A stretch of DNA of 64,000 nucleotides from an uncultured Bacteroidota bacterium (GTDB lineage: Bacteria; Bacteroidota; Bacteroidia; AKYH767-A; 2013-40CM-41-45): the NCBI GenBank assembly GCA_963775555.1, contig CAVZJJ010000002.1:647397-711396 (forward strand), written 5' to 3'. Shown here piece after piece: positions 23,099 to 32,281 of this stretch (position 1 is its first letter; every line of letters begins with the position of its first letter). The notes below the pieces were generated by a model. That model was not told where the DNA came from, did not search any database, and worked only from the letters and a program-made list of their open reading frames with translations. Made by a program: the position numbers and the translations under genes.

Positions 23099-23968
23099 TC
23101 AACCTTTACTCAACTGGCTCCATAACTGAATAGAATTTTGTAAGGCAGTAGGATATGTTTTGAATGTGATCTCAGCAGACGTATAAGTTTTTGTGTAAAA
23201 TAATATGGAATTTGCAACTAGCATTTTTATAACTTTAATGCATAGGTTAATATTGGCGTTATTAAACTCATTTTTCTTATTAAGCGATAGTTGACTCAAC
23301 TGCAAGACACTTAAATACTCGGTATGAGCATAGATAGAGGATAGAGAGTACAAATTAAAAAAAAGTTTCTTATTCAACCCGCATTCCGTAATTAGGTTAT
23401 GCCATGAAATAACTCGAGGTAGACCATGCAATTTCAGGGCGTTTAATTTCCGGCCATTCAAGTGACTATATTCAGGCATGTTTTTGATTTCTTGCAAAAT
23501 ATTGTCAACAAGAACTTTCTCAGATTCTTTCAATTTAATTATCTCCGGCTCTGAATTGCTTTCAAAATTTTGTCTTGAAATTAATCCTGAAACTTCCCAC
23601 AGTTTGTATCTAAAAATCTGTTCCTCTTCGTCAAGGTTGTTATTATATATGTAGCACAATGTTAAATAGTTTTCAATCAAAGCTCTTGTCAAAATGAAAA
23701 TACTTGAACTATCCACAATGTGAATTTTATCGTTCCGTTGATACAATCCGAACTCAAAACCTTGTGATATGTGTAGAATCGAATGTGAGTTGTATGTAAT
23801 CTTACTGACCATTGTTTGGGACAAAAATCTCCACTTAGGGACATGAACTTTTGAGTCTGCTACAGATTCTTGTAGTCCAGCAAGAACTTCAATTATTTCT
23901 TTTGCCGAGACATTTTCGGCTTCTTTTACTGAATTAAAAATTGCTTCAAAGCTATCAGGAATTTTCAT
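23099..23968 (-). CDS. DUF5677-like helical protein
   Basis: ILTRALIENY and YSLSSIYAH motifs; AT-rich island ORF. Confidence 0.6.
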   Translation of the reverse strand: MKIPDSFEAIFNSVKEAENVSAKEIIEVLAGLQESVADSKVHVPKWRFLSQTMVSKITYNSHSILHISQGFEFGLYQRNDKIHIVDSSSIFILTRALIENYLTLCYIYNNNLDEEEQIFRYKLWEVSGLISRQNFESNSEPEIIKLKESEKVLVDNILQEIKNMPEYSHLNGRKLNALKLHGLPRVISWHNLITECGLNKKLFFNLYSLSSIYAHTEYLSVLQLSQLSLNKKNEFNNANINLCIKVIKMLVANSILFYTKTYTSAEITFKTYPTALQNSIQLWSQLSKG

Positions 23969-23995
23969 GGGTTCATCTTATCATACAATTCATAA

Positions 23996-26900
23996 TTAAA
24001 AATCATGCTGGATAGAATCAATCTCTTTCATTATTCGATCAGTTTCTGAAAGCGCCACAATAATTTTCTGATAGTGCTGTATATCCTCATACGAAAGCAC
24101 ACTGTCCTTCCGGTCTTTCAGCCATTTCTGCGCAGGCTGATATCCACCGATGTAAAACTCCCACGCAACTCGAGGAACGCCGGAAAAGTACTGTGTTTCA
24201 TTGATCCAGACTGAACCATCTTTATATTTCAATTTCCCGACTTTGTTATCTCCGTCCTCGGGATACTTCGTGATGAATTTATCTACCACCGGACTTTCTA
24301 ATAGGTGGATTTGTCTCAGTTCTCCACCCAATTTTACTAATTGCCAAAATGTGTCTTTGTCCTCCGGATAGGGCACTCTTGGGAAATCTATTTTTAGGAA
24401 CTCTTTGTATTTTTCTCGGTACGTTGAAGAGTGAAGCACAGCGTAGATATAGTCTAAAATGTCAAGAGGTGCAAAAGTGTTCTTGGTTGGTTCTTTTTCG
24501 TTGGAAAAAGATAAACCTAATTTCTCTGCTATCTGATTTACAATGACAGATTCTAAGTTTGGCTTTCTTCCAGAAAATTTATCAATGGTTTGTTGACTAC
24601 TTATTTCAGGATACAAATAGAGGGGGAATACTTGATTAGCTTCTCGACTTGTAGTTGAAGTGACGCAATCATTCGCTGGAAGTTTGGTAATAAAGCAGTG
24701 ACGAAATCCTTCTACGGCCTGTTGTTTTGAATTTAATAAGCAGATGTTGTCCTTGTTTAATACGTGTTGCAATAATTCCTTTCGCGGTCTATCACATATA
24801 GCTTTATTCAAGATAGCATACTGATTATCAAAAGGACGATAAGAAGTTAAGGAGATAAATGACTTCAGGTTCTTTTCACCTCTCAAAGCTTCTCTTTGTT
24901 TGCTAAGTACCCAATCATTAGATTCGTTAATATGATACTTGCTTTTTAATTTGGTGTCATCAATATTCAAATCAATAAAATCATTTAATCTTCTTGTTAA
25001 TTGGTTTAATTCCACATCAAGTGCAAATTTGTCTCGATGTGTTTGGTAGCCTAAGACATTAATTTTCATCAAATCATTCAACATAAATCCTAGATCATAT
25101 TGCTTTTGAACAGTCCGATCTTTTTCTACAAAAAAGTAATTTGGAGAAGTGTTTGTTAGTTTCGTAAATAGAATGCTGTTAAGTGAATTGTTAATAAGAA
25201 AATCATATTTTAATTCTCGTTTTCCATACATTTCAAAATGAAATACTTTAGCCAACTCGTTGCTTTTTTTCTTTCCGGTTTTTACAAATACATTTATAGA
25301 AACACCCTGCATAATGTCAAATACATTCACATCAGGACTGCCATCTGGTGCGGTTTCCTTTTTTTTGGCATTCCCATGTAGGTCGATTGTATAAATTTTA
25401 TCATAGGTTTTTAATAAGTTCCATCGCATGCCTCTAAATGTAGGATTATCTAAAAACCCGTGTGGATTAATAAAGGCTAAAATTCCGGAGCTATTTTTTT
25501 CTATAAAATATTGTCCATAGCGTAAGAATTTTACATAATCATCGTTAATCCATTTTGGATTTCGTTCTTTCAATTTCTCCTTGCCACCTGGTTCTTTTTT
25601 ATAATCTTCCATCAAGGTCATAATCCATTCGCCCTTGTTCGCACTTTCGCCACTATAAGGCGGATTGCCCATAATAACCATTACTGGAGTATCCCTTTTC
25701 ACATGATTCGCCTCATTCGCCTCATTACTCAGCCATGATGCAAAGAGAGTTCCGGTTTCAGGATGATGTTCTTCAAGTGAGTTTGTGAGATATACTCGAA
25801 GACGTTGATCTTTTTTGGGTTTGAATCCTGTTTCAGTCAGAAGAAGATCTAATTTCAAATGAGCCATAGCATATGATGCCATCAGAATTTCAAAACCATT
25901 GAGCCGTGGAATCAAATGATCTTCGACATAATTATTCCAAATGCCTTTTTGTCCTTCAAACTTTGAGTGAATTTGTTTTATAACTTCTGCGAGGAAAGTT
26001 CCTGTGCCGGTTGCAGGGTCAAGAATCTGAACTTTATGTACTTCCTTCTCCACTTTCTTTCCGTTTACAATAACTTTGATTTTTGTTTTGCTTGTATCAG
26101 CCAAACCTTCTTTTAAATCAAATTCTGATTTTAGAATATCATCTACCGCACGGACAATAAAATTCACTACTGGTTCAGGAGTATACCATACTCCACGACT
26201 TTTCCTGAGTTTAGGATCATATTCCGAAAGAAAGGTTTCGTAGAAGTGAATGATCGGGTCGGTTTGTTGTGTTGCCTGTCCGAAGTTTTTCAATAATGCA
26301 GAAACATCAGTTGCCCGGAATATGTCTGCTAGATCATCCACTATCCATTTAATCCGGTCGTCGAGATCATATCCGGCTATGTACTGAAATAGTTTCCGCA
26401 GGAATGGGTTTGATTTTGGAATCAATTCTGCTGCCTCTTGCCTTGAAAATGTGTCGAGGTTCGGGTCGTGCAATCTTGCCGCGAACATTCCATAGGCGAG
26501 AGTCTGAGCGTATATATCAGCAAACTCCTTGGCATCTATGTCATGAATGAGAATCTGCTGAAATGCCTTTAGCTGCTCTTGTAGCGTATTATCTCCAGGT
26601 TCTTGTGCTTCCGGATGTTCAGGGTCGTAAACCTTTGTTAATGCCTTTTCAATTACCTCCGCTAACAATTTCGCCTTAGCTGCCATCATCTCCGCCAACT
26701 TTTTCGGAGACTTGATTGTCTGGCCTGTCTGGGTGGCAAAGCTTTTAATGTGATCTGTAAAGGAGTCAAAGTTCTGAGATAGGGGAGTGACCTTTTTTCC
26801 GTCTATCTGAGCGAGTTCAATTTTAAAAAGTAACTCACCATCCCGGTAAAAATGAAAATCGATGTAGTTTGTAAAGACGATGTTTCCGAGTGAGGCTTTG

Positions 26901-27163
26901 TATCTGTCGAATTGCTCCTTGTAATTCTTACTATCAAGGTTTGCCCCTAAATCCTTTGCCTCAATATATCCCAGCGGTATATTTTTCTTAGTCAGGATAT
27001 AGTCAGGCGCACCACAGGCGACTCTGGAAGGCTCATTGGTCACCATGACTCCGGTTAACATAGATTCCAATAAGGTCTGTAAATCGCCCCGGAAAGTATG
27101 CTCTGTAGACAGTCCGGTCTTATATCGGTTACCTATTGTTTTAATGTATTCGTCAAGGATCAT
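23996..27163 (-). CDS. single-chain restriction-modification enzyme (nuclease + N6-adenine MTase + type ISP-like specificity domain)
   Basis: PDY...YIEAK nuclease motif, GVWYTP, ILDPATGTGTF (motif I), NPPY (motif IV), C-terminal IGGYQPAQKWLKDRK. Confidence 0.88.
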   Translation of the reverse strand: MILDEYIKTIGNRYKTGLSTEHTFRGDLQTLLESMLTGVMVTNEPSRVACGAPDYILTKKNIPLGYIEAKDLGANLDSKNYKEQFDRYKASLGNIVFTNYIDFHFYRDGELLFKIELAQIDGKKVTPLSQNFDSFTDHIKSFATQTGQTIKSPKKLAEMMAAKAKLLAEVIEKALTKVYDPEHPEAQEPGDNTLQEQLKAFQQILIHDIDAKEFADIYAQTLAYGMFAARLHDPNLDTFSRQEAAELIPKSNPFLRKLFQYIAGYDLDDRIKWIVDDLADIFRATDVSALLKNFGQATQQTDPIIHFYETFLSEYDPKLRKSRGVWYTPEPVVNFIVRAVDDILKSEFDLKEGLADTSKTKIKVIVNGKKVEKEVHKVQILDPATGTGTFLAEVIKQIHSKFEGQKGIWNNYVEDHLIPRLNGFEILMASYAMAHLKLDLLLTETGFKPKKDQRLRVYLTNSLEEHHPETGTLFASWLSNEANEANHVKRDTPVMVIMGNPPYSGESANKGEWIMTLMEDYKKEPGGKEKLKERNPKWINDDYVKFLRYGQYFIEKNSSGILAFINPHGFLDNPTFRGMRWNLLKTYDKIYTIDLHGNAKKKETAPDGSPDVNVFDIMQGVSINVFVKTGKKKSNELAKVFHFEMYGKRELKYDFLINNSLNSILFTKLTNTSPNYFFVEKDRTVQKQYDLGFMLNDLMKINVLGYQTHRDKFALDVELNQLTRRLNDFIDLNIDDTKLKSKYHINESNDWVLSKQREALRGEKNLKSFISLTSYRPFDNQYAILNKAICDRPRKELLQHVLNKDNICLLNSKQQAVEGFRHCFITKLPANDCVTSTTSREANQVFPLYLYPEISSQQTIDKFSGRKPNLESVIVNQIAEKLGLSFSNEKEPTKNTFAPLDILDYIYAVLHSSTYREKYKEFLKIDFPRVPYPEDKDTFWQLVKLGGELRQIHLLESPVVDKFITKYPEDGDNKVGKLKYKDGSVWINETQYFSGVPRVAWEFYIGGYQPAQKWLKDRKDSVLSYEDIQHYQKIIVALSETDRIMKEIDSIQHDF

Positions 27164-27246
27164 AAATTTTCAATTGCAAATCGTAAATATCAAAGAAAGG
27201 AAATTTGAATGAATAAACTCCTGTCTGTCAGATGAAATCTTATCTG

Positions 27247-28209
27247 TTACACCTTAATCCACGCCTCAATTTTATCCACTAATTTCCCCTCCAATTCTTC
27301 TGCTGATTTATAAATGATCTGCTGAAGCTGTTTAATATCAAAATGTGCATTAGGAAATTCAGCTTCTGAACAAAGATAAATAACTGGTTTTCCGAGCCCG
27401 AGTGCAAAACCACTCTCAAAGTAAACTCCATGTCGGTGGAAACTGAAATCTGAAATACAAAATTTTGCCTTTTTAATACTTGCAAATATTCCATCTGGAA
27501 TCGACTTGTCACTTGACAAGTGTTCCTCGTCGATAAAAATAAATTTAAAGCCGGTTTTTGATAAAGCCCTCTTAATCGCCTCCCGTACAATCTTTGTTTC
27601 CTCCAGAAATGCCATAGCAATGAAACACTCATTTGAGTTTATACCTTCTAAACTAAGTTCAACAACTTTATTAAGCCCTGCATGTGTAATTGTAAGGGCA
27701 ACATTGGTCAATCCATTGCCATTGTCTATTAACCTAATTAAACCACTTTCTTCCAACCCCTTTAAATAGAAAAAGCATTCAGTTGAACTTTGAAAATAAT
27801 TAATAGTATAGAATTTATCGTCCTGCAAATTAATAGTAATTCGTTGCCCATCCTCCTTCTGTAGTTTGAACAAATTAAGCAGCAAATTATCAAGTCTTTC
27901 TCCAGCATTCTTTGGAAAGTAAATGGTACTCAAATAATCTTCGACAACTAATGTAACACTATCAACTGGAGGCGGAAAACCATCGGCATGACTGCTGGAA
28001 ACAACAAAGGATCGATCTGGCCATTTACCATTTGCAATGAGGCCCTTTATAATGTGAGAAGGTGTGCTTATGCTTATTTCTGATTTACACTGGCTGCAAA
28101 TAAACACCTTAACTTCCTTTTCAGCAACCTTTAAAGAATAGCCAATAAAATTTGTATACCTTTCTATTTTAACATCCTGGCCAGTTAAAATACATTTAAA
28201 TTCACTCAT
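27247..28209 (-). CDS. protein with C-terminal nucleoside 2-deoxyribosyltransferase/TIR-like domain
   Basis: CFIAMAF, ISDFS, GVYFESGFALGLGKPVI and HFDI motifs; N-terminal Cys residues (CxxC) and wHTH-like middle. Confidence 0.72.
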   Translation of the reverse strand: MSEFKCILTGQDVKIERYTNFIGYSLKVAEKEVKVFICSQCKSEISISTPSHIIKGLIANGKWPDRSFVVSSSHADGFPPPVDSVTLVVEDYLSTIYFPKNAGERLDNLLLNLFKLQKEDGQRITINLQDDKFYTINYFQSSTECFFYLKGLEESGLIRLIDNGNGLTNVALTITHAGLNKVVELSLEGINSNECFIAMAFLEETKIVREAIKRALSKTGFKFIFIDEEHLSSDKSIPDGIFASIKKAKFCISDFSFHRHGVYFESGFALGLGKPVIYLCSEAEFPNAHFDIKQLQQIIYKSAEELEGKLVDKIEAWIKV

Positions 28210-28237
28210 ACAATAAGTTTAAGGTGATGGTTGCCGT

Positions 28238-28393
28238 TGCGCCTAACGAAGAAGGGATTAAAAAAGTAAAAAAAAGAAGGGTTTAGAAGCACAACTGTTC
28301 GTTTACCTGCACTGTTTGTTAGAATCACAACTCTTTGTTTACCTCTCAAAGCCCTTCTTTTTTTTATTTCTTTTAATCTTTGTGTTATACGCA
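28238..28393 (-). repeat. attC-like imperfect palindrome
   Basis: Minus strand TGCGTATAAC...GTTAGGCGCA outer cores; ~30-bp inverted arms at 28256-28284 and 28348-28378; two 36-bp-period repeats in the loop. Confidence 0.7.
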
Positions 28394-28434
28394 TACTCTA
28401 CTCTGCATTCATGGTGTCATCTCTGCTGTAGTTC

Positions 28435-31400
28435 TCATTTTATGAAATATTTTATATAGAGTTTTGCAAGTTCAGCATCAAATATTTCTTTCAATGCTTT
28501 TTCAATTTTCTTTTTCAATGCAGAAATATTTGCGAATCGTTTATAGAAAATATCTCTATCACCAATTAGATGAAGCCACTCAACTTTGAAGTTTGTGTAG
28601 TCAAACTTCTCAGGGTTAAGATAGAACTTCATGTAATCAACAAGATTTGTGAACGTTTCAAGGCGTTTATCATCACTTTTCACATTCATGTTATAAATGA
28701 AAATCATTGCATTGATGAAAACAAAACTTTGAAATTTTGGTTTGCCAGCATTCATCGTGTAACTGCCGTTACCTTTTGTGTTGTTTATTTCTGAAATAAA
28801 TTGCTCAAAGTATTTGTTGAAATCAATTATGTTTTTAAAAGCTGCATTGGTGTATAAATCACTATTGAATTTCTTATCAAGTTTTTCAGTGATTTTGTTT
28901 TTCAATTCATCCTTTATGGCATTGTCAGAAATAGCCCACAAATAAACCTGAGTATCTGTTTTTCTATCAGAATGTTTTGATAGAGAAAGAATATTAAAAA
29001 TCAATTCTCTGTCAGAGATTCCGTCAAAGTTATTTTCTTTAAAGATGAAAGCAATGGTGCGAAGCAATGCGCCATCATTGTAAAAATTCAACTTTGCAAG
29101 AGCTGATTTTAAAAGTGCTATTAAGTTGTCTTTAGAAAAAAGTTGATTATTTTTATACATGAATGCACTTAGGAAATCTATTTCCTTTCTGTGCAAGAAA
29201 GTTTCATGTTGAATGAAGTCAAGAAGATTTTGAACAAGGTCAGGTGCTTTTTCCTTAGTGAGATTCATTCCTGAAAGCAAAAGGAAAATGTTATTGAATT
29301 TTTTACGGCACTTATCTTCAAAAAATTCGCTGCTCATTTGATTCCTTGTAAGTTTATCGGCATGAGTGGTTCTGCCAAAGAATTTATTTTCTTCAAAAAA
29401 TGATTTGAGAAAATTATTCACTGTTTCAAGAATTAGGGGTAAACTCGGTTCATTAAAAACAATTTTATTGATTTCGTATTTCTGCGTTATCGCTTTTACT
29501 TCTTCGGCATCGCAATAAAACACAACCACATCAAAGAATAATTTGTTGAACTCTTTTATTTTCTCTTTGTAATCATCATTTGTTGCAAAACTGATTAAAA
29601 GTGCTTCAACTCCTTTTTTGCAAACTCTTGAAAAATTGATAAACTCATCTGCAACAATGTAATTATTGGTATAAAAAGAAATGATTTTGTAGAGCTCAAT
29701 TTCTATTGCTTGCGGATAGAAAGGACCACTTGTCCACCTCGTGCCAGTTTTATATCCATCATAGACATTCAGAACCTTGTCGTAAATTTCATTGATTTCT
29801 TTTTCTGCTTTGTGCAAGACATCATCATCACGAATCATTTTAAGTAACTCATATTCCTTTTCACCCATGTAAGGAACTTGTGAAAGCAGTTTATCAAAGT
29901 CCATATTATCCAACTTCCGAACAATCCTTTTCTTTTTTTCTTCATTTAAAGTTCTTTCAAAGAAATTAATAAGGTTGCGAAGAGTTTTGATGTTATGTTT
30001 TGCGATATAGTAAGAGAAATATTTCCCTGCCTGCCATGCTTTGTTTGCGACTTCTTCAAACAATCTAAATGACTGACTAAAATTACCGATTTTGTAATTC
30101 GCATAAGCAAGTTCAAGGTCGGATTGAATGCTTGATGTTTCGTTAATCGTTAAAACCAATGTGTCAGCAATGACACTACTTAACTCAAAACGATTTAAAC
30201 GGCAATTAAAACAGTTGCACTTCGGTGAGGTTTTAACTTTTAATCTCTTTGATGTTTCAGACCAACCATAGTTACCAAATGAATCAGGAGAGTCGTTCTG
30301 TCTGAATATGTGAAAAATCAAACTGAAATTCAATGCAAGGATTATCTCTCTCAATTTACGTTCAAACTCTTTTATTTCTGCGGCTGAAAGATTCAAGTCT
30401 GGTGGCGGTTTGAATCTTACTTCCTCATCAATATATTCAATTTGATTAAAGAATAAATCATAAAGGTTGCGGTTTGTTAAGACAAGGGAATATGATTCAT
30501 AATCGTGAGCATAGTGTTTTGAAGCATTGAAAGGATAAAGGTTAGCCACAAAATCAGGAGTAAGTGATTTAAATTCTGAAAATCTGCTAAGTGATAAATG
30601 AATTTGGTCTATAACATTTTTCTCAGTTAACGCTTCATTGAACTTGTCATAAGTAGAAATGAAAACTAAGAAGTCCAAAAGATACTGTCCTCTTTCTGAT
30701 AAGTTTTCCCCTTTTATAAAATGAACTTGATTTAAAGCATTATGCCCTTTTAAGTAATCAGTAATGTAGTTTGTTCCATCTCCAATTTTTGCATCAAAGT
30801 AATTCAATACATTAATTCCTTTGTTCTTGAAATATTCTCGCTGTGTTGGATGCAAATATTCATCTACTGAAAGCAAGTAGGCATTTTGAAATTCCTTTCC
30901 TAAAATGTTTCTCACAGTTTGAACAATCATTTTTAGATTGATGTCAGAAAAACCATAGCCAACGAACAGAACAACCTTTGAGGCAAAAACAGATTTCAGA
31001 AATGCTTCAATCAAAGGATGATTCAAACTGTAATCAAGGTAATCATCTTCCTTTAAAACAATGTCGGTATCGTTCAAGTCACCATGAACTTTGACAAGAA
31101 GATTTGTATTAAGAGCATAAGGAAATTCTTTGTCTTTTGAAACAACGGAAAATGGAAGTGATTCCTTTTTGATTACCTGTTCAAGCAAATCATCATAATT
31201 TGTTGTTAAGATGTGCTCAGGATTCAACTTGAAAACCCACTCATGAATTTCATTGTATTTAACTTTCTTGTGTTTAAGAACTGCACGAACTTTATCAATG
31301 TATTCTTTTTGCTGCCTTTCGTTGTAATACATCTGAGCAATTCGCAAATAGTCCGCTTCATTGGGTGGGATTGCAATTTCAGATTTCATTTCATCAATTA

Positions 31401-31521
31401 AAGCTCCCCAGTTCGGAATACCTGCATCAACGGAAATACCTGCACCTGCAAACACAACCAATTTGTTTGTGTCAATTGCATTGCGAATGTTTTTTATGTC
31501 GGTAAAAAATTTCTTGCTCAT
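28435..31521 (-). CDS. DSR2-like defence-associated sirtuin (SIR2 NADase plus long helical C-terminus)
   Basis: FAGAGIS, YLRIAQMYY, ILTTNYD, KVHGD, VLKEDDY, LFVGYGFSD; 1028 aa, similar layout to B. subtilis DSR2. Confidence 0.82.
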   Translation of the reverse strand: MSKKFFTDIKNIRNAIDTNKLVVFAGAGISVDAGIPNWGALIDEMKSEIAIPPNEADYLRIAQMYYNERQQKEYIDKVRAVLKHKKVKYNEIHEWVFKLNPEHILTTNYDDLLEQVIKKESLPFSVVSKDKEFPYALNTNLLVKVHGDLNDTDIVLKEDDYLDYSLNHPLIEAFLKSVFASKVVLFVGYGFSDINLKMIVQTVRNILGKEFQNAYLLSVDEYLHPTQREYFKNKGINVLNYFDAKIGDGTNYITDYLKGHNALNQVHFIKGENLSERGQYLLDFLVFISTYDKFNEALTEKNVIDQIHLSLSRFSEFKSLTPDFVANLYPFNASKHYAHDYESYSLVLTNRNLYDLFFNQIEYIDEEVRFKPPPDLNLSAAEIKEFERKLREIILALNFSLIFHIFRQNDSPDSFGNYGWSETSKRLKVKTSPKCNCFNCRLNRFELSSVIADTLVLTINETSSIQSDLELAYANYKIGNFSQSFRLFEEVANKAWQAGKYFSYYIAKHNIKTLRNLINFFERTLNEEKKKRIVRKLDNMDFDKLLSQVPYMGEKEYELLKMIRDDDVLHKAEKEINEIYDKVLNVYDGYKTGTRWTSGPFYPQAIEIELYKIISFYTNNYIVADEFINFSRVCKKGVEALLISFATNDDYKEKIKEFNKLFFDVVVFYCDAEEVKAITQKYEINKIVFNEPSLPLILETVNNFLKSFFEENKFFGRTTHADKLTRNQMSSEFFEDKCRKKFNNIFLLLSGMNLTKEKAPDLVQNLLDFIQHETFLHRKEIDFLSAFMYKNNQLFSKDNLIALLKSALAKLNFYNDGALLRTIAFIFKENNFDGISDRELIFNILSLSKHSDRKTDTQVYLWAISDNAIKDELKNKITEKLDKKFNSDLYTNAAFKNIIDFNKYFEQFISEINNTKGNGSYTMNAGKPKFQSFVFINAMIFIYNMNVKSDDKRLETFTNLVDYMKFYLNPEKFDYTNFKVEWLHLIGDRDIFYKRFANISALKKKIEKALKEIFDAELAKLYIKYFIK

Positions 31522-31627
31522 TTAGCTGCTTCAATGATTTTTATTTTTGCTGCTGCGGTCAAGTTTCAAGTTTGCACTACCGTTCAATCGGAGCGAAAGA
31601 GTTGGGTATAACATTTATTATCAGAAA

Positions 31628-31635
31628 CAAATTTA
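31628..31635 (-). promoter_or_regulatory. Bacteroidota -7 promoter box upstream of the defence gene run
   Basis: TAAATTTG (TAnnTTTG consensus) on minus strand ~16 bp before the GTTATAC core; no clear -33 box. Confidence 0.5.
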
Positions 31636-32281
31636 AAATTTATTTCGTGAAGCCGAAAAGTAATCTGCAAAACTACCGATGGTTTGGAGAACTTCTGCTT
31701 TCGTGTTATTAGGATTGGATTGCTTCGCAGGCTTGTTACTTGGGGAAATCAGTGGTATAGCCTATGGTTTATAGCTTACAGGTTTCGCTGGCTCACACAC
31801 ATTGAAAGTGCTATAGTCTATCACTCACAGGTTCCTGTTTGAGGTTCTATGAGTAAAAAGAGTGGCAGGAAAAACACAGGATTCCTGCTGGATTTTGTCG
31901 GATAAAGACGGAAGTACATCGAAAACAGACAAAAATCACTATTCTGGATATCTTTTACTTAGCTCCTGTAAGCGGTTCAGGTAAGGTTCAAATGTCCAGT
32001 TGTTAGGGTTGGCCTTCAATATAGCAAGGTGGCCAGTAATCATTTTCGGAATGTCTACTATTTCGGTATATGGATTCAGAAAAATGGAGTGGGAAGGTAA
32101 TGCTATTCCGGTAAAGAAGGTCTCCAGATCCATAATATCCTGTTTTAATCCTCCGGCCCGTGGTGTTTCGGGGTTGATAAAAGAATATGTTGGTTCAAAG
32201 TGTTTCAGCTCGACCATTGGCTGAACACTTGGGAGCTTTACGGTAGGTTGTAGTTTTAAAAAAACACCCAAATCTTTGAAT

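Noticed and set aside
27180-27255. Second attC-like site after the NDT-like gene (GTGTAAC overlapping the stop codon)
   Set aside because: It does not complement the GTTAGGC start and no inverted arms or closing GTT core are visible.
28206-28394. 62-aa ORF between the sirtuin and NDT-like genes
   Set aside because: It coincides with the attC-like palindrome, and its K/R-rich and F-rich halves simply reflect the A-rich and T-rich arms.
27247-31521. Canonical Thoeris system (SIR2 plus TIR)
   Set aside because: The sirtuin is ~1000 aa with no recognisable SLOG domain and resembles DSR2; the two genes are separated by an attC-like site.
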